Source: Tubiluchus corallicola (Eukaryota; Animalia; Priapulida). From it: DNA of 61,365 bases. The notes under the pieces are model-generated. The model did no database searches, was not told the origin of the DNA, and was given only the letters and a program-made list of their open reading frames with translations. Shown one piece after another: positions 39,255 through 50,925 of the stretch; position 1 is the stretch's first letter; each line of letters opens with the position of its first letter. Location of the stretch: positions 1 through 61,365 of the forward strand of contig JAQGDQ010001120.1 in assembly GCA_030141605.1 (NCBI GenBank), in the 5' to 3' direction. The position numbers and the translations under genes were made by a program.

Positions 39255-41805
39255 TAGCTTGAATACCAGTCTATAAACCCATAGTGTTTTTGTTCACTAA
39301 ATGAACTTACTTTGATATATGAATGATAGCTTGAATACCAGTCTATAACCCAACACAAAAACACAAAAAAACAAACACAAACCCAATTCACAATGAACTT
39401 ACTTTGATATATGAATGATAGCTTGAATACAGTCTATAACCCATAGTGTTTTGTTCACTAAATGAACTTACTTTGAAAAACAAACATCTATAACCCATAG
39501 TGTTTTTGTTCACAAATGAACTTACTTTGATATATGAATGATAGCTTGAATACTAGTCTATAACCCATAGTGTTTTTGTTCACTAAATGAACTTACTTTG
39601 ATATATGAATGATAGCTTGAATACCAGTCTATAACCCATAGTGTTTTTGTTCACTAAATGAACTTACTTTGATATATGAATGATAGCTTGAATACCAGTC
39701 TATAACCCCATAGTGTTTTTGTTCACTAAATGAACTTACTTTGATATATGAATGATAGCTTGAATACCAGTCTATAAACCCATAGTGTTTTTGTTCACTA
39801 AATGAACTTACTTTGATATATGAATGATAGCTTGAATACCAGTCTATAACCCCATAGTGTTTTTGTTCACTAAATGAACTTACTTTGATATATGAATGAT
39901 AGCTTGAATACCAGTCTATAACCCATAGTGTTTTTGTTCACTAAATGAACTTACTTTGATATATGAATGATAGCTTGAATACCAGTCTATAACCCCATAG
40001 TGTTTTTGTTCACTAAATGAACTTACTTTGATATATGAATGATAGCTTGAATACCAGTCTATAACCCATAGTGTTTTTGTTCACTAAATGAACTTACTTT
40101 GATATATGAATGATAGCTTGAATACTAGTCTATAACCCATAGTGTTTTTGTTCACTAAATGAACTTACTTTGATATATGAATGATAGCTTGAATACTAGT
40201 CTATAACCCATAGTGTTTTTGTTCACTAAATGAACTTACTTTGATATATGAATGATAGCTTGAATACTAGTCTATAACCCATAGTGTTTTTGTTCACTAA
40301 ATGAACTTACTTTGATATATGAATGATAGCTTGAATACTAGTCTATAACCCATAGTGTTTTTGTTCACTAAATGAACTTACTTTGATATATGAATGATAG
40401 CTTGAATACTAGTCTATAACCCATAGTGTTTTTGTTCACTAAATGAACTTACTTTGATATATGAATGATAGCTTGAATACTAGTCTATAACCCATAGTGT
40501 TTTTGTTCACTAAATGAACTTACTTTGATATATGAATGATAGCTTGAATACTAGTCTATAACCCATAGTGTTTTTGTTCACTAAATGAACTTACTTTGAT
40601 ATATGAATGATAGCTTGAATACTAGTCTATAACCCATAGTGTTTTTGTTCACTAAATGAACTTACTTTGATATATGAATGATAGCTTGAATACTAGTCTA
40701 TAACCCATAGTGTTTTTGTTCACTAAATGAACTTACTTTGATATATGAATGATAGCTTGAATACTAGTCTATAACCCATAGTGTTTTTGTTCACTAAATG
40801 AACTTACTTTGATATATGAATGATAGCTTGAATACTAGTCTATAACCCATAGTGTTTTTGTTCACTAAATGAACTTACTTTGATATATGAATGATAGCTT
40901 GAATACTAGTCTATAACCTATGGTGTTTTTGTTGACTAAATGAACTTACTTTGATATATGAATGATAGCTTGAATACTAGTCTATAACCCATAGTGTTTT
41001 TGTTCACTAAATGAACTTACTTTGATATATGAATGATAGCTTGAATACTAGTCTATAACCCATAGTGTTTTTGTTCACAAAATGAACTTACTTTGATATA
41101 TGAATGATAGCTTGAATACTAGTCTATAACCCGTAGTGTTTTTGTTCACTAAATGAACTTACTTTGATATATGAATGATAGCTTGAATACTAGTCTATAA
41201 CCCATAGTGTTTTTGTTCACTAAATGAACTTACTTTGATATATGAATGATAGCTTGAATACTAGTCTATAACCCATAGTGTTTTTGTTCACTAAATGAAC
41301 TTACTTTGATATATGAATGATAGCTTGAATACTAGTCTATAACCCATAGTGTTTTTGTTCACAAAATGAACTTACTTTGATATATGAATGATAGCTTGAA
41401 TACTAGTCTATAACCCATAGTGTTTTTGTTCACTAAATGAACTTACTTTGTTATGTGAATGATAGCTTGAATACTAGTCTATAACCCGTGGTGTTTTTGT
41501 TCACTAAATGAACTTACTTTGATATATGAATGATAGCTTGAATACTAGTCTATAACCCATAGTGTTTTTGTTCACTAAATGAACTTACTTTGATATATGA
41601 ATGATAGCTTGAATACTAGTCTACAACCCATAGTGTTTTTGTTCACTAAATGAACTTACTTTGTTATATGAATGATAGCTTGAATACTAGTCTATAACCC
41701 ATAGTGTTTTTGTTCACTAAATGAACTTACTTTGATATATGAATGATAGCTTGAATACTAGTCTATAACCCATAGTGTTTTTGTTCACTAAATGAACTTA
41801 CTTTG
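39255..41805. repeat. 71-bp satellite, about 36 copies, starting at the MPLKIP exon donor
   Basis: Unit tagcttgaatactagtctataacccatagtgtttttgttcactaaatgaacttactttgatatatgaatga. Confidence 0.97.
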
Positions 41806-42203
41806 TTATTATTATAAAATCTCCTGCCTCGGCCGTTATTAAAATCACCAGCCCGCTTGTTAGACAGAGGTCTACACTGTTGAGAAATGTACTGAGATCC
41901 TTGCCACACGTCGTGAGCAGGACTTTGATGAGGCGAATACAATGGGATAAAATCAGATGCATTGTCCTCATTTCTCGGGCTGTACGGTGGCGCCCCGTGC
42001 CACGCCTCGTGTCGAGGGCTACTACTATGCCGGGGCGTCGAACACAATGGAATAAAATCTGTTGGACTGTACTCATTTCTTGGCGATGGGCTCTGTGACG
42101 GGGGTCGATTTGGACCCCATTGAGTTACTGGTGGGTTATACTGTCTGTATCTTGGACTCGAAGCACCAGTTTGGTCCGCGGCAGGCGAAAATTTCTTGTA
42201 CAT
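41802..42203 (-). CDS. MPLKIP: M-phase-specific PLK1-interacting protein (TTDN1)-like, coding exon 1
   Basis: 134 codons rich in SP/TP, P, G and Y, ending RRFYNNNK|GTAAGT (phase 0). Acceptor ttcag lies 32 nt upstream of the ATG. Confidence 0.8.
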
Positions 42204-42545
42204 GTTCCTAACCGTTTTCTGCAGGTTTATAGGCTCTGAAAAACAACAAAAAATGATACAATGTTAGTAAACTTGGCCGCTCTAGATAGTTACTTATTGT
42301 TATCTCTATCGAAAGGTGCATAGAAAGTATTAAGCCTGGTTCATCGTCAACTTTTGTAATTTACAGCCATAGATAAAACATGCAGCACCAGGAAGTAGTT
42401 CTTGTGCCTAATTTTAGCGTCTAATCTTTGGTATAATTCAATAAATTATCCTACCGCACTTTAATTAGTTGTATAAATGCTAATAATGTAACAAACTTAT
42501 ACAGAGAATTACATATAAATACATAGGTAGCATTGTATGCATGTT

Positions 42546-42935
42546 TAGGTAGGTAGGTAGGTTGGTAGGTTGGTAGGTAGGTAGGTAGGTAGATAGGTAG
42601 ATAGGTGGGTAAGTAGGTAAGTGGGTAAATAGGTAAGGAGGTAGGTAGGTGGGTCTGTAGGTAGGTAGGTAGGTCTATAGGTAGGTAGGTCAGTAGGTAC
42701 ATACGTAGATAGGTAGGTGGGTATAGGTAGATAGATAGGTCTGTAGGTAGGTAGGTGGGTAGGTAGGTCTATAGGTAGGTAGGCCAGTAGGTACATATGT
42801 AGATAGGTAGCTGGGTACATAACTAGGTAGGTAGGTGAGTAGGTAAGTGGATAGGTAGGTGGGTAGGCAGGTAGGTTGTAAGTAGGTAGGTAGGTGGGTA
42901 GGTAGGTGAGTAGGTAAGTAGGTAGGCAGGTAGGT
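42546..42935. repeat. (TAGG)n microsatellite, degenerate
   Basis: Direct observation. Confidence 0.95.
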
Positions 42936-42944
42936 ATAAATGTG

Positions 42945-44222
42945 TCTAGTGTTCACACAAACGTGTCTATTGTTCATACAAACACATCTATTGTTCACAT
43001 GAATGCGTCTACTGTTCACACGATTACACTTTTGTTCACATGAACCCATCTATTGTTCACAGAAACACGTCTACTATTCAGACAAACACACCTATTGTTC
43101 ACACGAACGAGTCTATTGTTGACATGAACACGTCTATGTTCACATGAATGCATCTGTTGTTCACACGAATGCATTTATTGTTGACATGAACACGTCTATG
43201 TTCACATGAATATTGTTGACATGCATTTATTGTTGACATGAACATGTCTATGTTCACATGAATGCATCTGTTGTTCACACGAATGCATTTATTGTTGACA
43301 TGAGCATGTCTATGTTCACATGAATGCATCTGTTGTTCACAAGAATGCGTCTATTGTTCACATGAACACGTCTATTGTTCACATGAATGTGCCTATTGTT
43401 CACAAGAATGCGTCTATTGTTCACAAGAATGCGTCTATTGTTCACATGAACACGTCTATTGTTCACGTGAACACGTCTATTGTTCACAAGAATGCGTCTA
43501 TTGTTCACATGAACACGTCTATTGTTCACAAGAACGCATCTATTGTTCACATGAACGTATCTATTGTTCACACGAACATGTCTATTGTTCACGTGAACAC
43601 GTCTATTGTTCATGTGAACACGTCTATTGTTCACAAGAACGCATCTATTGTTCACATGAACGTATCTATTGTTCACACGAACATGTCTATTGTTCATGTG
43701 AACACGTCTATTGTTCATGTGAACACGTCTATTGTTCACAAGAACGCATCTATTGTTCACATGAACGTATCTATTGTTCACATAAACGTGTTTATTGTTC
43801 ACGTGAACACGTCTATTGTTCATGTGAACACGTCTATTGTTCACATGAACGTATCTATTGTTCACACGAACATGTCTATTGTTCACATGAATATGTCTAT
43901 TGCTCACGTGAACACGTCTATTGTTCACATGAATGTGTCTATTGTTCACATCAACACGTCTATTGTTCACATGAATACGTCTATTGTTCACCTGAACACG
44001 TCTATTGCTCACGTGAACACGTCTATTGTTCACATGAACGTGTCTATTGTTCACATGAACACGTCTATTGTTCACATGAACGTGTCTATTGCTCACGTGA
44101 ACACGTCTATTGTTCACATGAACGTGTCTATTGTTCACATGAACACGTCTATTGTTCACATGAACGTGTCTATTGTTCACATGAACACGTCTATTGTTCA
44201 CATGAACGTGTCTATTGTTTAC
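42945..44222. repeat. 21-bp minisatellite, about 60 copies
   Basis: Unit ctattgttcacatgaacacgt with an internal palindrome gttcac(a/g)tgaac. Confidence 0.96.
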
Positions 44223-44657
44223 ATCTTGCTCTAGACGCGGCGTATGATTTTTAGCGTGGTCTAAGCTGAATGATCTTTCAATGTGAGTTGAACATTAACA
44301 TCATTGATCCCCCCAGGAAATCAGCCAGCAGACCTATAAGTGTAGCTGAATGCATTAAGTTGATTAAAAAGCCGCTTTTAGACGTCCGCTCAAATGAATG
44401 CTGTCATTTGGAGGCAAAGTCATCTTAATTGTGAATCAAGTCGCTTGTGTATAAAACGCTCGTTTACGAGGCATTTGCGCTCGCAATATATTCTCGCCAG
44501 ACTATGAAAAGCTTCGTATAAGTCATTTGTAAAATTGTCACGCGTTTAACTTTCGTGGTTTTTCTTTTAAAAAAACGTGCGTGATGAAGAGTTTGCGTGC
44601 TTTGCGTTAAACTGCGAAAATTCTGTTGACAACATTCGCGAAAAACGACCTAACGCT

Positions 44658-45379
44658 AGCGTGGTTACGCGAGCGAACGCAGTTTACTCCATTTACAGAG
44701 AAGTTTTACATAGCAAGTTAAGTTTCATCGCGTGCGCGTGGTTACGCAAGCGTACGCGCTTTTCTTCATTTACAGAGAAGTTTTGTATAGCAAGCCAAGT
44801 TTCGCTACGCACGCGTGGTTACACAAGCGTACGAACTTTTCTTCATTTACAGAGAAGTTTTGTATAGCAAGCTAAGTTTCACTACGCACGCGTGGTTACG
44901 CAAGCGAACGCAGTTTTCTCCATTTACAGAGAAGTTTTACTTAGCAAGTCAAATTTCACTACGCACGCGTGGTTACGCAAGCGTACGCAGTTTTCTCCAT
45001 TTACAGAGAACTTTTGTATAGCAAGCCAAGTTTCACTACGCGCGCGTGCTTACGCAAGCGAACGCGCTTTTCTCCATTTACAGAGAAGCTTTACCTAAGT
45101 GTTCAGTTGTCAGGAGACAAATGCGCTTGCTAAAACCGTGCAAAGTGACAGTCAGCATTGTGCCACGTTTCACACAACAGCAAGAATATTGGCAGTCAGT
45201 TACCCAGCAGCTAAGTTTCACCACGCGCGCGTGCTTACGCAAGCGTACGCACTTTTCTCCATTCACAGAAGTTTTACCTCTAAGTGTTCAGTTGTCAGGA
45301 GACAAATGCGCTTGCTAAAACCGTGCAAAGTGACAGTGAGCATTGTGCCACGTTTCACACAACAGCAAGAATATTGGCA
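44658..45379. repeat. 77-bp CpG-rich tandem repeat (about 6.5 copies) plus duplicated ~100-bp segment
   Basis: Unit gcgtggttacgcaagcgtacgcagttttctccatttacagagaagttttgtatagcaagccaagtttcactacgcac; 45097-45194 is repeated at 45281-45378. Confidence 0.92.
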
Positions 45380-45781
45380 AGGCGGAAGACTTCAATAGAC
45401 CGCTTTGTGTCGCTCTAACCTTAATGTACCATTTAACTGTTTGTAATAACGTAAAGCAACAATAATGATATCAGCCATTTCTTGGTGCATGATGAGCAAA
45501 TGCGACCGCTTTTGTCTGCGGCGCACGCGAAACTCAGCTACATCAAAAGGTTGGCAATAATAAGAGAGTTTTGTGCTAATTTGTCATCTTTGTTAGCAAC
45601 AGTTGCCCTATGTACGCATGCTTAAGTGATGAGCTAGTGTCCTCTGATGAAGCCAGTGGATACGCTCGGTTGATTACATGCTTAGCAGACGCTCAGGTAA
45701 GAACTATAGCACCTTGGAGGCTGAAGAAACTTTAATTCTTGTTAAATGTTAATGAATTTAGGACAATGTTAAAAACGTTAT

Positions 45782-47007
45782 GTAAATGATTGAATTTAGA
45801 TACAGGTAAATAATTGAATTTAGATACAGGTAAACGATTGAATTTAGATACAGGTAAGTGATTGAATTTAGATGCAGGTAAATGATTGAATTTAGATACA
45901 GGTAAACGATTGAATTTAGATACAGGTAAGTGATTGAATTTAGATGCAGGTAAATGATTGAATTTAGATACAGGTAAACGATTGAATTTAGATACAGGTA
46001 AGTGATTGAATTTAGATACAGGTAAGTGATTGAATTTAGATACAGGTAAGTGATTGAATTTAGATACAGGTAAGTGATTGAATTTAGATACAGGTAAATG
46101 ATTGAACTGAGATGCAGGTAAATGATTGAATTTAGTTACAGGTAAATGATTGAATTTAGATACAGGTAAATGATTGAATTTAGATACAGATAAATCATTG
46201 AATTTAGGTACAGGTAAATGATTGAATTTAGATACAGATAAATCATTGAATTTAGTTACAGGTAAATGATTGAATTTAGGTACAGGTAAATGATTGAATT
46301 TAGATACAGATAAATCATTGAATTTAGGTACAGGTAAATGATTGAATTTAGATACAGGTAAATGATTGAATTTAGATACAGATAAATCATTGAATTTAGG
46401 TACAGGTAAATGATTGAATTAAGATACAGGTAAATCATTGAATTTAGTTACAGGTAAATGATTGAATTTAGGTACAGGTAAATGATTGAATTTAGATACA
46501 GATAAATCATTGAATTTAGGTACAGGTAAATGATTGAATTTAGATACAGGTAAATGATTGAATTTAGATACAGGTAAATGATTGAATTTAGTTACAGGTA
46601 AATGATTGAATTAAGATACAGATAAATCATTGAATTTAGGTACAGGTAAATGATTGAATTTAGATACAGGTAAATCATTGAATTTAGATACAGGTAAACG
46701 ATTGAATTTAGATACAGGTAAATGATTGAATTTAGATACAGGTAAATGATTGAATTTAGATACAGGTAAATGATTGAATTTAGTTACAGGTAAATGATTG
46801 AATTTAGATACTGGTAAATGATTAAATTAAGATACAGGTAAGTGATTGAATTTAGATACAGGTAAGTGATTGAATTTAGATACAGGTAAGTGATTGAATT
46901 TAGATACAGGTAAATGATTGAATTTAGATACAGGTAAGTGATTGAATTTAGATACAGGTAAATGATTGAATTAAGATACAGATAAATGAATGAATTTAGA
47001 TACAGGT
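45782..47007. repeat. 24-bp minisatellite, about 51 copies
   Basis: Unit gtaa(a/g)tgattgaatttagatacag. Confidence 0.97.
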
Positions 47008-47156
47008 GCTATTATTATCAGAATAATTGACTCTCATAGATTTTAAGCTGAAAATTAAATTTGAAAAAACTAAACACTAATCTTTTGGCAATGGAATAAA
47101 AAACAGAAATTCAAAAATTCACATAAAAATACAATATAATAGGAACGATTGTACGT

Positions 47157-48040
47157 CTCATCTCACACACGAGGTTATCTCGTATCTCTTATCTCACACA
47201 CGAGGTTATCTCGTATCTCTTATCTCACACACGAGGTTATCTCGTATCTCTTATCTCACACACGAGGTTATCTCGTATCTCTTATCTCACACACGAGGTT
47301 ATCTCGTATCTCTTATCTCACACACGAGGTTATCTCGTATCTCTTATCTCGCACACGAGGTTATCTCGTATCTCTTATCTCGCACACGTGGTTATCTCGT
47401 ATCTCGTATCTCTTATCTCACACACGAGGTTATCTCGTATCTCTTATCTCACACACGAGGTTATCTCGTATCTCTTATCTCACACACGAGGTTATCTCGT
47501 ATCTCTTCTCACACACGAGGTTATCTCGTATCTCTTATCTCGCACACGAGGTTATCTCGTATCTCTTATCTCACACACGAGGTTATCTCGTATCTCTTAT
47601 CTCGCACACGAGGTTATCTCGTATCTCTTATCTCACACACGAGGTTATCTCGTATCTCTTATCTCGCACACCAGGTTATCTCGTATCTCTTATCTCGCAC
47701 ACGAGGTTATCTCGTATCTCTTATCTGACACACGAGGTTATCTCGTATCTCTTATCTCACACACGAGGTTATCTCGTATCTCTTATCTCACACACGAGGT
47801 TATCTCGTATCTCTTATCTCACACACGAGGTTATCTCGTATCTCTTATCTCACACACGAGGTTATCTCGTATCTCTTATCTCACACACGAGGTTATCTCG
47901 TATCTCTTATCTCACACACGAGGTTATCTCGTATCTCTTATCTCCCACACGAGGTTATCTCGTATCTCTTACCTCACACACGGGGTTATCTCGTATCTCT
48001 TATCTCACACACGAGGTTATCTCGTATCTCTTATCTCACA
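47157..48040. repeat. 31-bp minisatellite, about 28 copies
   Basis: Unit tctcacacacgaggttatctcgtatctctta. Confidence 0.97.
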
Positions 48041-48356
48041 TACAACACAAGGTTAACTGATATACAAGGTTAACACATCGAAGCAGAGAAAAAAGTGCCA
48101 CTCTCATGTTGACAACATTGTATTGTGAACACAAAATTAAACTGAGAAATTTAGTGAACAAAAGTTTTCTCTGTTTTTACAGGTGACTCCACTTCAATGA
48201 AATCTTCGATGCAAATCAACTCATTTTAGTGGTAAGTCAATTTATGCTATTCATATTAGATCTGTTACCAAGTGGTGTGAAAAAAATGACCTTTCCTTGA
48301 CGCAAACTTTTTCCTTTATACCACGATATCTACAGATTCAGAGATGAGGCCAATCA

Positions 48357-49011
48357 ATGGTTAACATTTAAATTTAACCAATCACAGCTTGTCTTACTTC
48401 CCATCGATACTTGCCACGACCTATGGTTAGCATTTAAATTTAACCAATCACAGCTTGTCTTACTTCCCATCGATACTTGCCACGATCTATGGTTAACATT
48501 TAAATTTAACCAATCACGGCTTGTCTTACTTCCCATCGATACTTGCCACGACCTATGGTTAACGTTTAAATTTAACCAATCAGAGCTTGTCTTACTTCCC
48601 ATCGATACTTGCCACGATCTATTGTTAACATTTAAATTTAACCAATCAGAGCTTGTCTTACTTCCCATCGATACTTGCCACGACTATGGTTAACATTTAA
48701 ATTTAACCAATCAGAGCTTGTCTTACTTCCCATCGATACTTGCCACGATCTATTGTTAACATTTAAATTTAACCAATCACAGCTCGTCTTACTTCCCATC
48801 GATACTTGCCACGACTATGGTTAACATTTAAATTTAACCAATCAGAGCTTGTCTTACTTCCCATCGATACTTGCCACGATCTATTGTTAACATTTAAATT
48901 TAACAAATCACAGCTCGTCTTACTTCCCATCGATACTTGCCACGACTATGGTTAACATTTAAATTTAACCAATCAGAGCTTGTCTTACTTCCCATCGATA
49001 CTTGCCACGAT
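48357..49011. repeat. 65-66-bp tandem repeat, about 10 copies
   Basis: Unit atggttaacatttaaatttaaccaatcagagcttgtcttacttcccatcgatacttgccacgacct. Confidence 0.96.
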
Positions 49012-49412
49012 CTGATTAATCCCTTTATTGTTGTTGTTGCTGTTGCTGCTGTTGCTGTTGTTCTTCTTCTTATTATTATTGACATTTATACGTATATTAA
49101 ATTTGCATCAGCAGGCGCATGCGCACTTACGCTGATCCTGTAAGACATAAAATGATGCACAAAAGTAAAATTTCTAAAAGCAAGAACCTAAAATTGAAAA
49201 TCTCTCATTAAAAACCTCGTAATAAATGAATATATACTCCTTTATGGATTGCATTCAGTCCACTCACAGGGCTTAATCAGTTTAACCCTTTAAATAAGAC
49301 GTCTTTCATTGGATTGAATAACTTCCGGTTTTTTTCATTCAAAAATGAAGCGCCTCTAACGGACTTTACTGAAACACTGAGGTTAGTCTCTGATTAGGTC
49401 GTAGCAAAGTAT

Positions 49413-49677
49413 CCACACCTGCCATTGCAAATCCACAGAACACACGTTTTTGTACAGCTGGAGACAGGGTTGTAAGGAGACTGGAATCCAGCTTATTATC
49501 AGCGATAGTTCTCCAAGATGAGGCACTGGATCACCAGACGTCACCACACCTGCCATTACAAATTCACAGAACATACGTTTTTGTACAGCTCGAGACAGGG
49601 TTGTAAGGAGACTGGAATCCAGCTTATTATCAGCGATAGTTCTCCAAGATGAGGCACTGGATCACCAGACGTCACCA
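49413..49677. repeat. 131-bp direct duplication
   Basis: ccacacctgccatt...ggatcaccagacgtcacca occurs twice. Confidence 0.92.
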
Positions 49678-50073
49678 GAAGCGTTTTAGCCACGTCTGGA
49701 CGTACACTCACCGTCACTCAACGACAGACGAAGCTACCCAGAAGTTTTTCCAGTGGTCACCTATTTCCTTACATTCATCTTTTTCACTTTTAAGAAGCTT
49801 ATACCTTTACAGAAAAACTTTGACGAAGCTTCTATGTTTATCTACAGGCGGCTACATTAGAAACCTCCTCAAATGTTCATTATCAATAATGACTACAAAC
49901 AAATTCCCACTAGGCTGTAATTAATTTAGTTATAAAGTGCATCTATGATCATTATTTTATTAAAATTGAGTGATGGCAAGAATAAGTGAAACGTTTAACG
50001 TAAGTAATCAAATGATGAAAGATAAAAATACGGTAGCTAATTACAATTGTGATAGTACAATCATCAGCAATTG

Positions 50074-50925
50074 TATAAACTGCAGTAGCAACATTGTCGT
50101 TGACACAACCACCATTATCATCAACAAGATCGTCGTCGTCATCATCATCACCATCACAATGGTCATCGTCGTCATCATCATCATCAGCATCATCACCATG
50201 GTCATCGTCGTCATCATCATCATCAGCATCATCACCATGGTCATCATCATCATCTTTATCATCACATCATCACCATGGCGATCATCATCATCATTGTCAT
50301 CATCATCTTTATCACCACAGTCATCATCATCATCATCATCATCATCAACAACATCGTCGTCGTCGTCATCATCACCATCATCATGGTCATCGTCGTCATC
50401 ATCATCATCAGCATCATCACCATGGTCATCGTCGTCATCATCATCATCAGCATCATCACCATGGTCATCATCATCATCTTTATCATCACATCATCACCAT
50501 GGCGATCATCATCATCATTGTCATCATCATCTTTATCACCACAGTCATCATCATCATCATCATCATCATCAACAACATCGTCGTCGTCGTCATCATCACC
50601 ATCATCATGGTCATCGTCGTCATCATCATCATCAGCATCATCACCATGGTCATCATCATCATCTTTATCATCACATCATCACCATGGCGATCATCATCAT
50701 CATTGTCATCATCATCTTTATCACCACAGTCATCATCATCACCATCACCATGGTCATCGTCGTCATCATCATCATCATTATCAGCATCATCACCACGGTC
50801 ATCATCATCATCTTTATCATCACCATGGTCATTATCATCATCATCAACATCCTCATCATCTTTATCACCACAGTCATCATCATCATCTTTATCACCACAG
50901 TCATCATCATCATCATCTTTATCAT
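50074..50925. repeat. Complex (CAT/CGT)n repeat with internal ~200-bp duplications
   Basis: Direct observation; reverse-complement homolog of the 56650-58220 units. Confidence 0.95.

Noticed and set aside
43275-44234. Repetitive ORFs on both strands (VNNRRVH / MNTSIVH)
   Set aside because: Translation of the 21-bp minisatellite.
47149-48060. 303-aa and 222-aa repetitive ORFs
   Set aside because: Translation of the 31-bp minisatellite.
39255-49011. CRISPR-like appearance of the regular repeats
   Set aside because: No unique spacers, no cas genes, and a eukaryotic context.
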